Below, one piece after another: positions 36,633 to 46,623 of a stretch of 64,000 nucleotides of DNA (positions are counted from its first letter, which is position 1; each line of letters starts with the position of its first letter). Location: positions 520-64,519 of the forward strand of contig CANRHC010000001.1 of the NCBI GenBank assembly GCA_947630305.1. The letters are read 5' to 3'. A program made the position numbers and the translations under genes. The notes beneath the pieces are model-generated. The model was not told where the DNA came from. It did no database searches and was given only the letters and a program-made list of their open reading frames with translations. This DNA is from an uncultured Bacilli bacterium. Its GTDB lineage: Bacteria > Bacillota_I > Bacilli_A > RF39 > UBA660.

Positions 36633-37228
36633 TACTGCGACCTCTTAGCTGCCCATCCACGTGCCACTCTATTCTGTATTAAATGATGTTCAACGGAGGC
36701 ATCTGTTTCAAGATTCATTTGTGGGCAATATTCTATTAGGTTGACAGAAATTGTTAAATCCGAACGGTCTTCGGCATCCTCAACAAAATTCCAGTCCGTC
36801 AGAAGTACTTTCATTGATACATTAATCGTTGAAATCTTTCTCTGTACATCAAAACGTATCGGCTTTCTGTTGACCTTGATATACCATAATTTGTCCGTCC
36901 ATGATTCCCTTATCGGGTCTGCCCCATCAGAATAACCCCACGTAAAAGGGTATTCATCATAAGTAGCCTTAAACTCAAAAGAAATCTTTATTGGGCTGTC
37001 GTATTTAGCTACTGTGAAATTACCCTCATTAGCCAGTCTGATAATTTCTGTATTATCAGGGTATTCATATGTAATTTTTGCAGGAGTTTGTGGTATAAGT
37101 TCTCCGTCTAACCATACCTTATGCGCTCCCTCTAACGAATATTTTTGTGGCATAATTAAACTCCTATCTTGGTACACCAACTCGTTTACCGTCTTGTAGC
37201 AGTCTGTGAAGCATAGATTCCATTTCAC
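36632..37228 (-). CDS. Distal tail protein (XkdP position), 198 aa
   Basis: Immediately follows the tape-measure gene. Confidence 0.35.
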   Translation of the reverse strand: MKWNLCFTDCYKTVNELVYQDRSLIMPQKYSLEGAHKVWLDGELIPQTPAKITYEYPDNTEIIRLANEGNFTVAKYDSPIKISFEFKATYDEYPFTWGYSDGADPIRESWTDKLWYIKVNRKPIRFDVQRKISTINVSMKVLLTDWNFVEDAEDRSDLTISVNLIEYCPQMNLETDASVEHHLIQNRVARGWAAKRSQ

Positions 37229-40200
37229 TAATACTTCTATCGCTGTCTACATCGCTTGAGTTAGTTATATTAAATGTATTATTTAAATTATTATTGGTCG
37301 TACTGTTATTGGTATTTCCACTAGTCATACCTGAGGTGTCAAAACTTAAAGCGTTAAGACCGTCCCCGTTCATAGCATTAGCTATTAAGTCACCGAGGTA
37401 ATCTCCTCCACTATTACTGTATGGATTCTGACTTGCAGGAATTATTGCTTCTCCTTGGTGGATGATTGCCGGCATATCGAATGGTACGTATCTTGTACCA
37501 ACTGCATAACCATACCAACCTCTTGGAGAGTTCATTCGAGGAACAACAACCTGTTCAATCCCACCGTAACGCTGAATCATATAATTCAAGCCGGCGTAAA
37601 TGTTAGCGAGTGGGTCGGTTAAACTGTTAGCTAAATTTGGATTTCTGTATGCTGCGAACGTTGATGGAATCGTTTGCAATAAACCTTGTGATGGATGACC
37701 GGCAGCAGCATTGCTATCTGTCAGATTTATAGCATTTGGATTACCACTAGACTCTCTTTCGATTGCATATAAAACATAATTTAAAAGACTGGCAGGCTGT
37801 CCTAACATGGCAAGAGCCTGCAATACTACACTGCTCCACTGGGCTGCACCTGCGCTCGGATTGTACATAACATTACTGCCTGTTATGATTCCATGCTTTT
37901 TGTTATATGCCATCTGTAATAAAGCGGCTAGGGTATTTCCAACGCCTGATACTGCCGCCCCACCTAAATACGGTGCAGGGTCAAACGGGTCACCATTGTT
38001 TCTCATTTCAAAGTGCAGGTGAGGTCCAGTTGAGTTACCTGTACTACCGACTAAACCTATCTGTTGACCTTTTTGTACAACCTGTCCGACAGAAGATAAG
38101 ACCTGCGACATATGACCGTAAACAATGGATAATCCATTACCACTATCTACAACTACTGCATTACCGTAACCACCGTACCATCCTGCGGTTGTAACAGTAC
38201 CGGCAAGGGCGGATGCTATCGGTGTTCCAGTACCTGCGGCTATATCCATACCTGCGTGATTAGTTGAACCAATTCCACCTGGGCTAGAACGTCTACCAAA
38301 AGGTGATGAGATACTTCCCATAGTTCCAATAAGTGGGTATGCTATCTGCTGTGGATTCATATCTTTGGTATCGACTTTTGAAACACGACCGATTAAGTCT
38401 AACGTCCCTTGGTCTGATAAGAAATTAACCGCCTCATCTGCATTTGGTGCTTGGTATTTACCGTTATTAAAAGCATTTTGCATATCTCCAACAACGCTAT
38501 CAATAAACTTCTGTACCGCCTCCGGTGACATACCGTTCATAAGACCTGCTAGTAACATTTGACCTAACCAGTATGTATATCTTGACGGTGAGTGAACGCC
38601 TAAACCTTTTTCAAAAGTTTCTTTAAGTTTTTTGACTAAATCACTCGCTACATCTAGCACCTTTTGCATATTGGAAGATATACCATTAGCCATTTCAGTC
38701 ATCATGTCTTTACCAGTCTGTAATGAATGTCTGACTAGGTCGTCCATTTTACCTTTTAACTGGTCGCAAAAACTCTGATAATCAGCTAGAATGTAACCCT
38801 CATAAGTTTGCATATTAGACTGGAACGTTGCCATATGTTCAGTACTAAATGTGGTCTGTGCGGATTCAATCGCTCCTAACTTCTCGATAACCCCTGCTCT
38901 AAGTTCTTCATAACGGGCATAAACATCTGTTTTCATCTGTTCAAGAGATGCATTAACAGAGGTTGTAGCAGCTAAAAAGTTATTCTGAATAGCAGTTGAT
39001 AATTGTTGAGTGGCTACATCGGCTTCTGTTTTCGCTGCTGTTAAATTATTCTTAACGTTCGTACAGATTTCCTGCACTTTCATATTGACAGAATCTACAA
39101 CAGCGGTCATAGCTACTGAAATCGCATTTGGTATATCCTCAGGAAGTGCCTGAAAACTTGCAGCTAAAGTAATCATTGAATTATTAGCCATACTTGCCAT
39201 AGCCATTGCTACATCAAGAGAGCGTTCATTAATGATACGAGTTAAAGTATCTATCAGACCTCCTGCTGCCTGTTGAACCTGTTCACCATTAAAGTTTACG
39301 GTGAGTTGAGCCATACCCTCTGAACCAACAGAGGATAAAGCGGTATCAACATTACCTGAGGAGTCTGAAACCCCTTGAGTTATACCGTCTACATAATTTG
39401 TTCCAGTATCAACACCTGCCTGACTAGCATCTACTGCGGTATCCGCCATAGCTTGGTCTACACCTTGGGTAACGTTCTGCCCCATTTGTTGACCTGCATT
39501 GGCAGCATCCGCATTTGCTTGGTCTATGTTTGCCTGTTGAAAAGCGTTCTGTAAATCAATACCTTTTGTCTGTAAAGCAGTATTAGCACCATTAACAGCG
39601 TTTTCTGCTGCTTCTTTACCTTTTTCTATCGCTCCCTCAGGTCGTTGCAGTTGCAGGACATCTTCTAAAAATCCTGAGATACCGAGTATATCCGCTGCTT
39701 TCCAAAGCCCTTCGTTTAGGGCGTTTAGAATAGACATACAAGCATTCCATATAGCCTCTCCGACCTGTTCAGGATGACTAACTAAATAATTCCAACCGTC
39801 CGATACAAGTCTGATAACCGCATCACCGACCTGTCCGACCATTGAACCGATACCTGAAATTAAACTCCATACAAGCTTGATACCGCTTGCAATAATAATC
39901 GGAAGGTTGTATAAAATACCGGTAACGATTGTTTGCAGTAACTCCCATCCTGCTGCGAGTACATTAGGTAAATTCTGAATAATACCTGCAATAAACTGAC
40001 CTATCGCACTAAAGCCTTGTTGTACTAGGTCGGGTAATACTTGAGCGATACCGCCTATGAGTGCGAATAGAACACTTACTCCGACTGTCAGGAGTTTAGG
40101 TATTCCAGTCATGATACCGTTTACAAGTGAGAGTAATAAATTAACCCCCTGAGATACTAACTGTGGGAGGTTCTTTATAAGTCCATCAACGAACGATTGA

Positions 40201-42644
40201 ATAAGTGTAGGAGCGTTCTGAGCAAAGGTTGAACACCATTCAAAGAATGTATCAAAGAATGAATTGATACTATCGGATAACACGTTGCCTGGGTTAAATA
40301 CGCCTAGACCTGCTGCGAGTGCTCCAATCGCTGCGGTGGCGAGTACAATGGATGTAACCCCACCTGCTGTGGTCGTAAAGAATGTTGCAATACCTTTTGC
40401 TGCGGAAGCTATCTGTGTTTTAAAAGTAGTAATAACTCCTTTAATACCCTCAAAAGCTTTACTCAGGATACCGACTTTTTCACTCGCTCCTGAGGTGTCT
40501 ATTAAATCACCGACATTTTCTTTTTTACCACCAAGACCTTTAAAGCCTTTAAGCATAGTGCCAAAGAAATTACCAATACCACTACCAAGACCCTTACCGA
40601 CAGCCTTTGTACCACCGGTTACTCTTTGCTTAGCTATCTGTGCATCATTAATTAACCAGTTACCTGCCCTCTGTAATAAAGTAGGTTTTTGAGTTTTCTT
40701 GTCAGGGTACATCAAGCTTGTTATTCTTGAATAATTAGTATTGGTATTCGGTGTTAAGTCTACTCGCTTGTAATTGTTAGCCAGTCTGTTCTGTGCTTTT
40801 TTGAGAGATTTATTTCTTTTAACAGATTGTGCGACAGAGGAGTCGTAGGATTTACCTGCGCCGAGTTCTAAATCAACAAGTGGTAATTCTTTAGATGTTG
40901 GACTCAGTACTCGTTTTACTTTGTTACTGGACTTTTTAACTCGATTGGTATTTGTAGAAGAAGTAAGTTCAGGGAGTTGAATAACTCTATTTGCTTTATT
41001 AGTCAGATTGGCAGTATTTAATTCTTTTTCAAGGGTAACCGCCTCTCTAAGACCTGAGAGTTGACTATTCTTTATACCAAAAGCTAAATTCTCAAAAGTT
41101 GGTATCTGTAATTTCCCTCTGGTGAAAAAAGCTAAAGTACTGTTTAAAGCTTTAAGTTTATCGTTAAAACTGACTAACACACCTTGTAGGGTCTGTAATA
41201 TTCCAAGACCTAACATGGCTTTAATCATAGCTTTAACCGCTGTAACCACCCCGTCTTTATGGTCTATTAGCCAGTTAAGTACGCCCTCTAACTTATCGAA
41301 AAAGTCAGGAAGCTTTAAGTTAAGCCAGTTACCAAAAGCTATACCTAAATCTTCTACACTAGTAATTGTCTGACCTAGATAAGTTCCGAGTAATCGTCCG
41401 AGTGGGTCGGATATTTGATTGATACCTTTGGAGAAAACTAGACTTACACTAGACCACGTATCCCTTAAATCAAGGAATTTTTCAACGATAGTAACCAGTT
41501 GAGGATTGATGGCATTAAAGAAACCCTCTCTAAATGCCCCACCAGCTTCAACAAAGTTATCGGTCATGTATTTTCTGTTTAGGGCGACCCTTTGGTCTAC
41601 TGCATTAAAGGTTCTCTCATTCTCACTTCTTAACTGACTATAAACCTTTTGGAACCCACCGACTGTTAAACCGATACCATCTCCGATACCGCTTAATAAG
41701 CTTTCAGTAGATGAACCAAAATCGGCTACAACGCCTTTTAGACCTTTATCGTTAAAGAGGGATGCGACTTTATCAATACCGTTTACGACCTCAAGAATAC
41801 CTCTTGCAATAGCAATACTCATATTCTGCATAGTAGCAGTCCATGTTGTAGCAAGTCTTTTAGCATTGCCTTGAAGTTGTAAAGCACCGTTCGTACCCTC
41901 TCGCATAGCCTTTTCAACGGTATCCAAGAAGTCTTTAGCGGTTATATCTTTATTTGTTAAAGCGGTTTGGACGTCCTCGGCAGCCTGTCCTGTGGCAGTA
42001 GCGTATATTTGAACAGGATTGATACCGGCAGCAAAGAGTCTGTTTAAGTACCGCATTTCAACCGTACCCTTTGTTCTCATCTTTGCTATGGCATCCATGA
42101 CAGATTCAAACTGTTCATTCGTACCCTTACCATACGTTGATACAGCGTCCATCCATATCTTAACGGAGTCAACCGCCTCTCCTGCCTGCATGCCACGTAA
42201 AACAAAATTCTGAACACCTTTAGCTGCCACATCAAGGGCATAAGGTGTTCCCTTAGTAGCGGTCTTTAATTCTTCTAACGACCTGCTCGCAGCGTTCGTA
42301 TCATTCGTTATGAGTTCCATTTTCTGCGAGAACAAGTCCATTGTATCGGCACGTTGGATGGCTCTGTCTAAATTAGAGGTAAACAGATTTAAAATACTGT
42401 TGACTAATTTAAAGCCACCAAAGATACCGATTGTAGTTCTAACAGTCCGACCTAAACTGCCAAAAACTGTATTTGATGATGATACATTACGGTTTAAACT
42501 GTTCAGATAAGCACTCGTTGAATTAGTGTTATTACCTAAACTGTTTAAACCATTTTTTAAGGAGTTCACTTGTTTTTGTAAGGCGTTCATAGCAGTACTG
42601 GCAGCGTTACGTGCGGTAATGCTAAAACTTAATTGATTAGCCAT
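37164..42644 (-). CDS. Tail tape-measure protein with C-terminal M23 peptidase and lytic transglycosylase (SLT) domains, 1826 aa
   Basis: Long Ala/Gly-rich repetitive helical core. HAGMDIAAGTGTP...GSTGNSTGPHLHFE gives the M23 HxxxD...HxH. ...GNPNAINLTDSNAAAGHPSQGLLQ... is SLT-like. AGGAGG RBS. Confidence 0.8.
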   Translation of the reverse strand: MANQLSFSITARNAASTAMNALQKQVNSLKNGLNSLGNNTNSTSAYLNSLNRNVSSSNTVFGSLGRTVRTTIGIFGGFKLVNSILNLFTSNLDRAIQRADTMDLFSQKMELITNDTNAASRSLEELKTATKGTPYALDVAAKGVQNFVLRGMQAGEAVDSVKIWMDAVSTYGKGTNEQFESVMDAIAKMRTKGTVEMRYLNRLFAAGINPVQIYATATGQAAEDVQTALTNKDITAKDFLDTVEKAMREGTNGALQLQGNAKRLATTWTATMQNMSIAIARGILEVVNGIDKVASLFNDKGLKGVVADFGSSTESLLSGIGDGIGLTVGGFQKVYSQLRSENERTFNAVDQRVALNRKYMTDNFVEAGGAFREGFFNAINPQLVTIVEKFLDLRDTWSSVSLVFSKGINQISDPLGRLLGTYLGQTITSVEDLGIAFGNWLNLKLPDFFDKLEGVLNWLIDHKDGVVTAVKAMIKAMLGLGILQTLQGVLVSFNDKLKALNSTLAFFTRGKLQIPTFENLAFGIKNSQLSGLREAVTLEKELNTANLTNKANRVIQLPELTSSTNTNRVKKSSNKVKRVLSPTSKELPLVDLELGAGKSYDSSVAQSVKRNKSLKKAQNRLANNYKRVDLTPNTNTNYSRITSLMYPDKKTQKPTLLQRAGNWLINDAQIAKQRVTGGTKAVGKGLGSGIGNFFGTMLKGFKGLGGKKENVGDLIDTSGASEKVGILSKAFEGIKGVITTFKTQIASAAKGIATFFTTTAGGVTSIVLATAAIGALAAGLGVFNPGNVLSDSINSFFDTFFEWCSTFAQNAPTLIQSFVDGLIKNLPQLVSQGVNLLLSLVNGIMTGIPKLLTVGVSVLFALIGGIAQVLPDLVQQGFSAIGQFIAGIIQNLPNVLAAGWELLQTIVTGILYNLPIIIASGIKLVWSLISGIGSMVGQVGDAVIRLVSDGWNYLVSHPEQVGEAIWNACMSILNALNEGLWKAADILGISGFLEDVLQLQRPEGAIEKGKEAAENAVNGANTALQTKGIDLQNAFQQANIDQANADAANAGQQMGQNVTQGVDQAMADTAVDASQAGVDTGTNYVDGITQGVSDSSGNVDTALSSVGSEGMAQLTVNFNGEQVQQAAGGLIDTLTRIINERSLDVAMAMASMANNSMITLAASFQALPEDIPNAISVAMTAVVDSVNMKVQEICTNVKNNLTAAKTEADVATQQLSTAIQNNFLAATTSVNASLEQMKTDVYARYEELRAGVIEKLGAIESAQTTFSTEHMATFQSNMQTYEGYILADYQSFCDQLKGKMDDLVRHSLQTGKDMMTEMANGISSNMQKVLDVASDLVKKLKETFEKGLGVHSPSRYTYWLGQMLLAGLMNGMSPEAVQKFIDSVVGDMQNAFNNGKYQAPNADEAVNFLSDQGTLDLIGRVSKVDTKDMNPQQIAYPLIGTMGSISSPFGRRSSPGGIGSTNHAGMDIAAGTGTPIASALAGTVTTAGWYGGYGNAVVVDSGNGLSIVYGHMSQVLSSVGQVVQKGQQIGLVGSTGNSTGPHLHFEMRNNGDPFDPAPYLGGAAVSGVGNTLAALLQMAYNKKHGIITGSNVMYNPSAGAAQWSSVVLQALAMLGQPASLLNYVLYAIERESSGNPNAINLTDSNAAAGHPSQGLLQTIPSTFAAYRNPNLANSLTDPLANIYAGLNYMIQRYGGIEQVVVPRMNSPRGWYGYAVGTRYVPFDMPAIIHQGEAIIPASQNPYSNSGGDYLGDLIANAMNGDGLNALSFDTSGMTSGNTNNSTTNNNLNNTFNITNSSDVDSDRSISEMESMLHRLLQDGKRVGVPR

Positions 42645-42663
42645 AAACTCCTCCTATATTTAA

Positions 42664-43310
42664 AAGCTATTTCTTATTAGCTTGTTTTTCTTTTTCGCTA
42701 AAATATTCAATAGCTGATAACATAACCATCTTATCTGTGGTATTTACTTTTTTTCTATACTCGGATGGCAGTATTCCATGTCTGTAAAAACACCACCCCA
42801 TGAGCATTAAATCTGTATTGTTACCAGCCTTTAGTTGTTTTTTAACAATTCAGACTTTCTCTGATTGTCATTCATAGCCCCTTCTATATCATCAAGACCT
42901 GATACCTCAATAACCTTGAGTGCGAGTGCTTGTAACTCACCTGCGTTTAACATTTTTCTTAAAAGCTTTGTTTCACTTCTAACGCCATAAGTGTTTTGAA
43001 GTCCGCTGTCTTTTAAGTTAGGAAATACAACGCCACGTGCGGTAATTCCAAGTAAATATTTATTGTCATCAAAGATTTCATTAATAACGCCTGTACGTCT
43101 ATTTTCTTTAGTATCAGTACAGGATTCTCTGATTAACGCATCCTCATCGGCACTTAAAGGTTTAATCGTCCATTCAATCGGGTTTCCGTCCCCGTCTGTA
43201 AAATTATCAGAGGCTACATACTGTACGGTTTCACTTTCCTTTTTGTTTTCTTTATAGAAAAATGAAATATCTATTACATCTTTTCTTTCGTCTATATTTT
43301 TTACTGACAT
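42664..43310 (-). CDS. Tail assembly chaperone, predicted -1 frameshift extension product (about 218 aa)
   Basis: Slippery A_AAA_AAC at 42843-42837 (minus strand). The -1 frame stays open 60 codons (KQLKAGNNTDLMLMGWCFYRHGILPSEYRKKVNTTDKMVMLSAIEYFSEKEKQANKK) to a TAG at 42666-42664, 20 nt before the tape-measure ATG. Confidence 0.5.
42831..43310 (-). CDS. Tail assembly chaperone (XkdN-like), 159 aa, zero-frame product
   Basis: Lies between the tube gene and the tape-measure gene. Ends ...LLKNN* on the heptamer A_AAA_AAC. Confidence 0.55.
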   Translation of the reverse strand: MSVKNIDERKDVIDISFFYKENKKESETVQYVASDNFTDGDGNPIEWTIKPLSADEDALIRESCTDTKENRRTGVINEIFDDNKYLLGITARGVVFPNLKDSGLQNTYGVRSETKLLRKMLNAGELQALALKVIEVSGLDDIEGAMNDNQRKSELLKNN

Positions 43311-43340
43311 AATTTTGAGTTCCTTTCATTATTAAATTTC

Positions 43341-43372
43341 GAGAAAATAAAAAGACACCCGTTAAGAGTGCC
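43341..43372 (-). terminator. Intercistronic hairpin plus U-tract (minus strand) upstream of the chaperone gene
   Basis: Minus strand reads GGCACTCTTAACGGGTGTC followed by TTTTTATTTTCTCGAA. Confidence 0.45.
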
Positions 43373-43377
43373 TGAAA

Positions 43378-43860
43378 TTAATCTTCAAATAGACCGTCTA
43401 ATTCTCTAAATTCTGTATCAACGATATAATCTTCAAAAGTGAAAGACACATCTTCTTCAAGGATTGAAGAATCAGCATCTAATTTTGCTAAAATCATTTC
43501 ATCAAAGTTACAATCACGTAAAACAATAATTTGTTTACCAGTATGGGTTGTTTTATCTTCGTTGGTGATTGTCATATCAAAGTAAAAATCTTCACCGGTA
43601 TCTTTATATTGTTCAGCCAGTTTTCTGAATGTACTGTCTACATAATAAAGAGTCATAGTACCGGAATATGTTTCACCAGTTTTACGGTTACCCTTACCAC
43701 GTTTACCAAGAATTGGAACCTGCTCCTTTTCAAAAGAGATGGTGGTTTCAATATTCTTAGCGTGCATAACGGTCATAACCCGACCATCAGGAAGGGTAGC
43801 CTTTATCATCCCCTGCTCACCGGATAATATATCCCGTGCATCTAAAATTGATTGTGCCAT
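43378..43860 (-). CDS. Tail tube protein (XkdM-like), 160 aa
   Basis: Size and position directly downstream of the sheath gene. AGGAGG RBS. Confidence 0.55.
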   Translation of the reverse strand: MAQSILDARDILSGEQGMIKATLPDGRVMTVMHAKNIETTISFEKEQVPILGKRGKGNRKTGETYSGTMTLYYVDSTFRKLAEQYKDTGEDFYFDMTITNEDKTTHTGKQIIVLRDCNFDEMILAKLDADSSILEEDVSFTFEDYIVDTEFRELDGLFED

Positions 43861-43878
43861 GTTCTCCTCCTATTTTGA

Positions 43879-43909
43879 GAAATAAAAAAAGCACCCGTTA
43901 TGGATGCTT
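43879..43909 (-). terminator. Intercistronic hairpin plus U-tract (minus strand) between sheath and tube
   Basis: Minus strand reads AGCATCCATAACGGGTGCT followed by TTTTTTATTTCTCAAAATAGGAGG. Confidence 0.45.
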
Positions 43910-43922
43910 GATTAAACGTTTT

Positions 43923-45632
43923 CTAAACATTCTGATAAGTAATTTGGAAGTAGAGGGTATCCATAGCTTGTAACGGTCTGATACCATCTTGTCCGATTAC
44001 TTCATTAAGTTTCTGACCCTGCATGACAACTAATTCAGTAGAATCGTAATCTTCAATAGCGTTTATCTGTTCGTAGTGTTCTCTGATTTTGAGTAACTGA
44101 TTCTTAAGTTCAGCACGTCCTGTATCATTGTTTGGACGTTTACCTAAGAAGTAATTGTTAAAGACATTAGCAGTTTCAGTTGAGATACCGTCGATAACAC
44201 GTATAACCTGATTGTTGGCAAAGTCTAATGATTTACTTCCGATATCCTCAGCAGAGATGTTAGTTAAAGTATTAATATCTTTAAGTATTACAGCATCATC
44301 TCCTACGTTATGGAAAAGGATTTGACCGCTGTTAATAGCTTTAGACTGGTCGGCTCTAGTAACCTTAGCTGAAACATTAAATACTCCATCATAGACTTTA
44401 GCGGTACAAGAGTTCTGTACTTTACATCCTGCTTCCGCCCCTGCGAGCCAGTAACAAAGGTCTGTCTGTTCGTCAACGATTGGATTATCAACCCTATTGA
44501 CGTATTCGATAACGCCCTCATAATTAATTGGTTGTGGTCTTGCTATTGCAGGTAAAACGATTTGGAATTTGCAACCGTCTTCTCTTAAGTCTTTAACATA
44601 CTGAATGTATCTGTTCTGTTCTTCTAAATCAGTAGTTGGTACAGCAAGAATGTTAAAGTCAATATTTTCGAAAATATCTCTGGCAGCTTGATGTGCCTGT
44701 TCATTGACAGTCTTTTCTCCACCGCCTTTGAATGTGTCTCCACCGTTTTCTTCAAACAGTTCTTTTTCCTTTTTGAATATTACAAAGTCGTTATCTACTA
44801 ATTGAGTTGCGTCAGCTCCAACAATAGCATCATCATTTACCTGACAGGTATAGGTATGAGATTTAAGTACGGTTGCTTTATCTTTTGTCAGTACAGCCTC
44901 TACCGTCATTTCTCCGTTAGTTGGTGCGCCCTCAGAATAGGTGATGATATGTTTATTACCACCAGATAATTCCATATCTTCTAGTCGGCCAGGTGTGAAA
45001 GCTAGAATACCAACTTTTCCTCTAATTCTTACTGACGGTTTATAGCCCTCCGGTACATTAGAAAAGGTTACGGTAATTTTATTGTCAGCAAAATCAAAAG
45101 TAGCTGATGCGGTTTCAACAGCTGTTCCCTCTTTTTCTGTTCCTTTTGTTAAAGTAATTGTATCTTCCCCAACTTTTGGTACAACCTGATTATCAACCTC
45201 AACATTATCAACATAGGTAATAACGTTGTAGAAGTCCTGTAATTGAGGATTTGCTTCAACTACAACAGATATTTTATTTCCAAGTGTCCCTGAACAACGG
45301 GCAGTTCCTAAAGCACCTTTAGCTTTACCACCGCCACCGTTTAGTCTGTACAGATATAATGTAGAAGCATTTTTTAACATTTCTTCTACAAAGGTAAGTT
45401 CAGGTGAGCCTTGATTGTAACCAAAAATTTTAAAAGCGTTTAATGGGTATTCTTCAGCGGTTACTTTAATAACATCCTCGTCAGTTCCCCATGGAAGTTC
45501 GATTGGGCATGCTAAATAACCTCTGTCAGACCCATTAACGTAAGTTGAATTGTTTACTTTAATGTTTATATAGGTGCCTGGTATTTCTTTATTGTAGACA
45601 CCCTTTACATATGTTCCTGCTCCCCAAGGCAT
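43923..45632 (-). CDS. Contractile tail sheath protein (XkdK-like), 569 aa
   Basis: Size and position (neck genes - sheath - tube - chaperone - tape measure). Confidence 0.6.
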   Translation of the reverse strand: MPWGAGTYVKGVYNKEIPGTYINIKVNNSTYVNGSDRGYLACPIELPWGTDEDVIKVTAEEYPLNAFKIFGYNQGSPELTFVEEMLKNASTLYLYRLNGGGGKAKGALGTARCSGTLGNKISVVVEANPQLQDFYNVITYVDNVEVDNQVVPKVGEDTITLTKGTEKEGTAVETASATFDFADNKITVTFSNVPEGYKPSVRIRGKVGILAFTPGRLEDMELSGGNKHIITYSEGAPTNGEMTVEAVLTKDKATVLKSHTYTCQVNDDAIVGADATQLVDNDFVIFKKEKELFEENGGDTFKGGGEKTVNEQAHQAARDIFENIDFNILAVPTTDLEEQNRYIQYVKDLREDGCKFQIVLPAIARPQPINYEGVIEYVNRVDNPIVDEQTDLCYWLAGAEAGCKVQNSCTAKVYDGVFNVSAKVTRADQSKAINSGQILFHNVGDDAVILKDINTLTNISAEDIGSKSLDFANNQVIRVIDGISTETANVFNNYFLGKRPNNDTGRAELKNQLLKIREHYEQINAIEDYDSTELVVMQGQKLNEVIGQDGIRPLQAMDTLYFQITYQNV

Positions 45633-45650
45633 ATGTTTTCCTCCTTATTG

Positions 45651-45690
45651 AGAAATAAAAAATACCGACAATCTTTTAAACCATCGGTAT
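45651..45690 (-). terminator. Intercistronic hairpin plus U-tract (minus strand) upstream of the sheath gene
   Basis: Minus strand reads ATACCGA...TCGGTAT followed by TTTTTTATTTCTCAATAAGGAGG. Confidence 0.45.
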
Positions 45691-45692
45691 TG

Positions 45693-46121
45693 TTAATTAA
45701 CGTATTCGTTGAAATCTAAGTCATTCATTTTTGTTAAAGGTTTATCGTTCACGTAAGGTGTGGTGCGGATATTAAAGGTAAGTGAAAAGTGCTGTTCGGT
45801 TATAGCCATCATGGTATTCTTGTTATAGCAGCGATATAAGTCACCGTTATCAACCTCAATGGTATCAAGCAAAACTCTTAACTCATACTCAACCCTTAAT
45901 AACTCGTTGACATCCAATGAATAAAACTCAATCGTAAACCTCTCAATCGAAAGTCCTCTTAAAACCTGTGCCTGTCTTATTCTCCGTCTTAAATTACCCC
46001 CTGTTGTTCTGACAATAAAACATGGCAGTTCCATTTCCTCAGGGTAATTATTGTAGACAGGATACTCAGGGTAATGCTCCCTTAAGTATTTACTCATCGC
46101 TTTCATAAGTTGAGGTATCAT
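45693..46121 (-). CDS. Tail completion / neck protein (142 aa)
   Basis: Position between the head-tail joining genes and the sheath. Confidence 0.4.
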   Translation of the reverse strand: MIPQLMKAMSKYLREHYPEYPVYNNYPEEMELPCFIVRTTGGNLRRRIRQAQVLRGLSIERFTIEFYSLDVNELLRVEYELRVLLDTIEVDNGDLYRCYNKNTMMAITEQHFSLTFNIRTTPYVNDKPLTKMNDLDFNEYVN

Positions 46122-46623
46122 TTAATTCCTCTCCTTTGCGGTCATAATAATCGGTTCGGGTACTATCCCATACTCTTAATATCTCAGGTCGGATTATGGA
46201 TTCAAATTTTATCTCCGCTCTGTCAAGGGATGATTCAAGCGCATAAGTCCCAGGAACCCAGTCATGAACAAGGCGTGCGTTAATGGCTGGTACGTAAAGT
46301 CCCACCTGTTGATGGTGACCATAATTACTAGCCATGCCATAGTCCACGCTGTTTGTAACTGTTGCGGTTACAGAATAAGCACCTTTAGTGTATTTTGGAG
46401 CCTGCCATGACCGTTTCATTTGTCCGCTATGCTCATCTTCCTCAGGGTCACCCACAGGCGTACCCTCAATGACAATCTCCCTTGCATGTTTGACAAATTT
46501 TTGAAGTCCGCTGTCAATAAAGGTCGTACCCTTCATCTGTTCAAGCTTATTCATAAATTCATCAAAGCCATCAAAAGTAACATCAACATTAAGCATAGTT
46601 GGCGTTATCCTTATCAAATTCAT
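46090..46623 (-). CDS. Head-tail joining / tail terminator protein (177 aa)
   Basis: Position in the neck-gene array. Confidence 0.4.
   Translation of the reverse strand: MNLIRITPTMLNVDVTFDGFDEFMNKLEQMKGTTFIDSGLQKFVKHAREIVIEGTPVGDPEEDEHSGQMKRSWQAPKYTKGAYSVTATVTNSVDYGMASNYGHHQQVGLYVPAINARLVHDWVPGTYALESSLDRAEIKFESIIRPEILRVWDSTRTDYYDRKGEELNDTSTYESDE

Noticed and set aside
37807-42510. Multiple 60-140-aa plus-strand ORFs antisense to the tape-measure gene
   Set aside because: Artefacts of the Ala/Gly-rich repetitive tape-measure coding sequence. Their Pro/Ala/Leu-rich antisense translations are typical.
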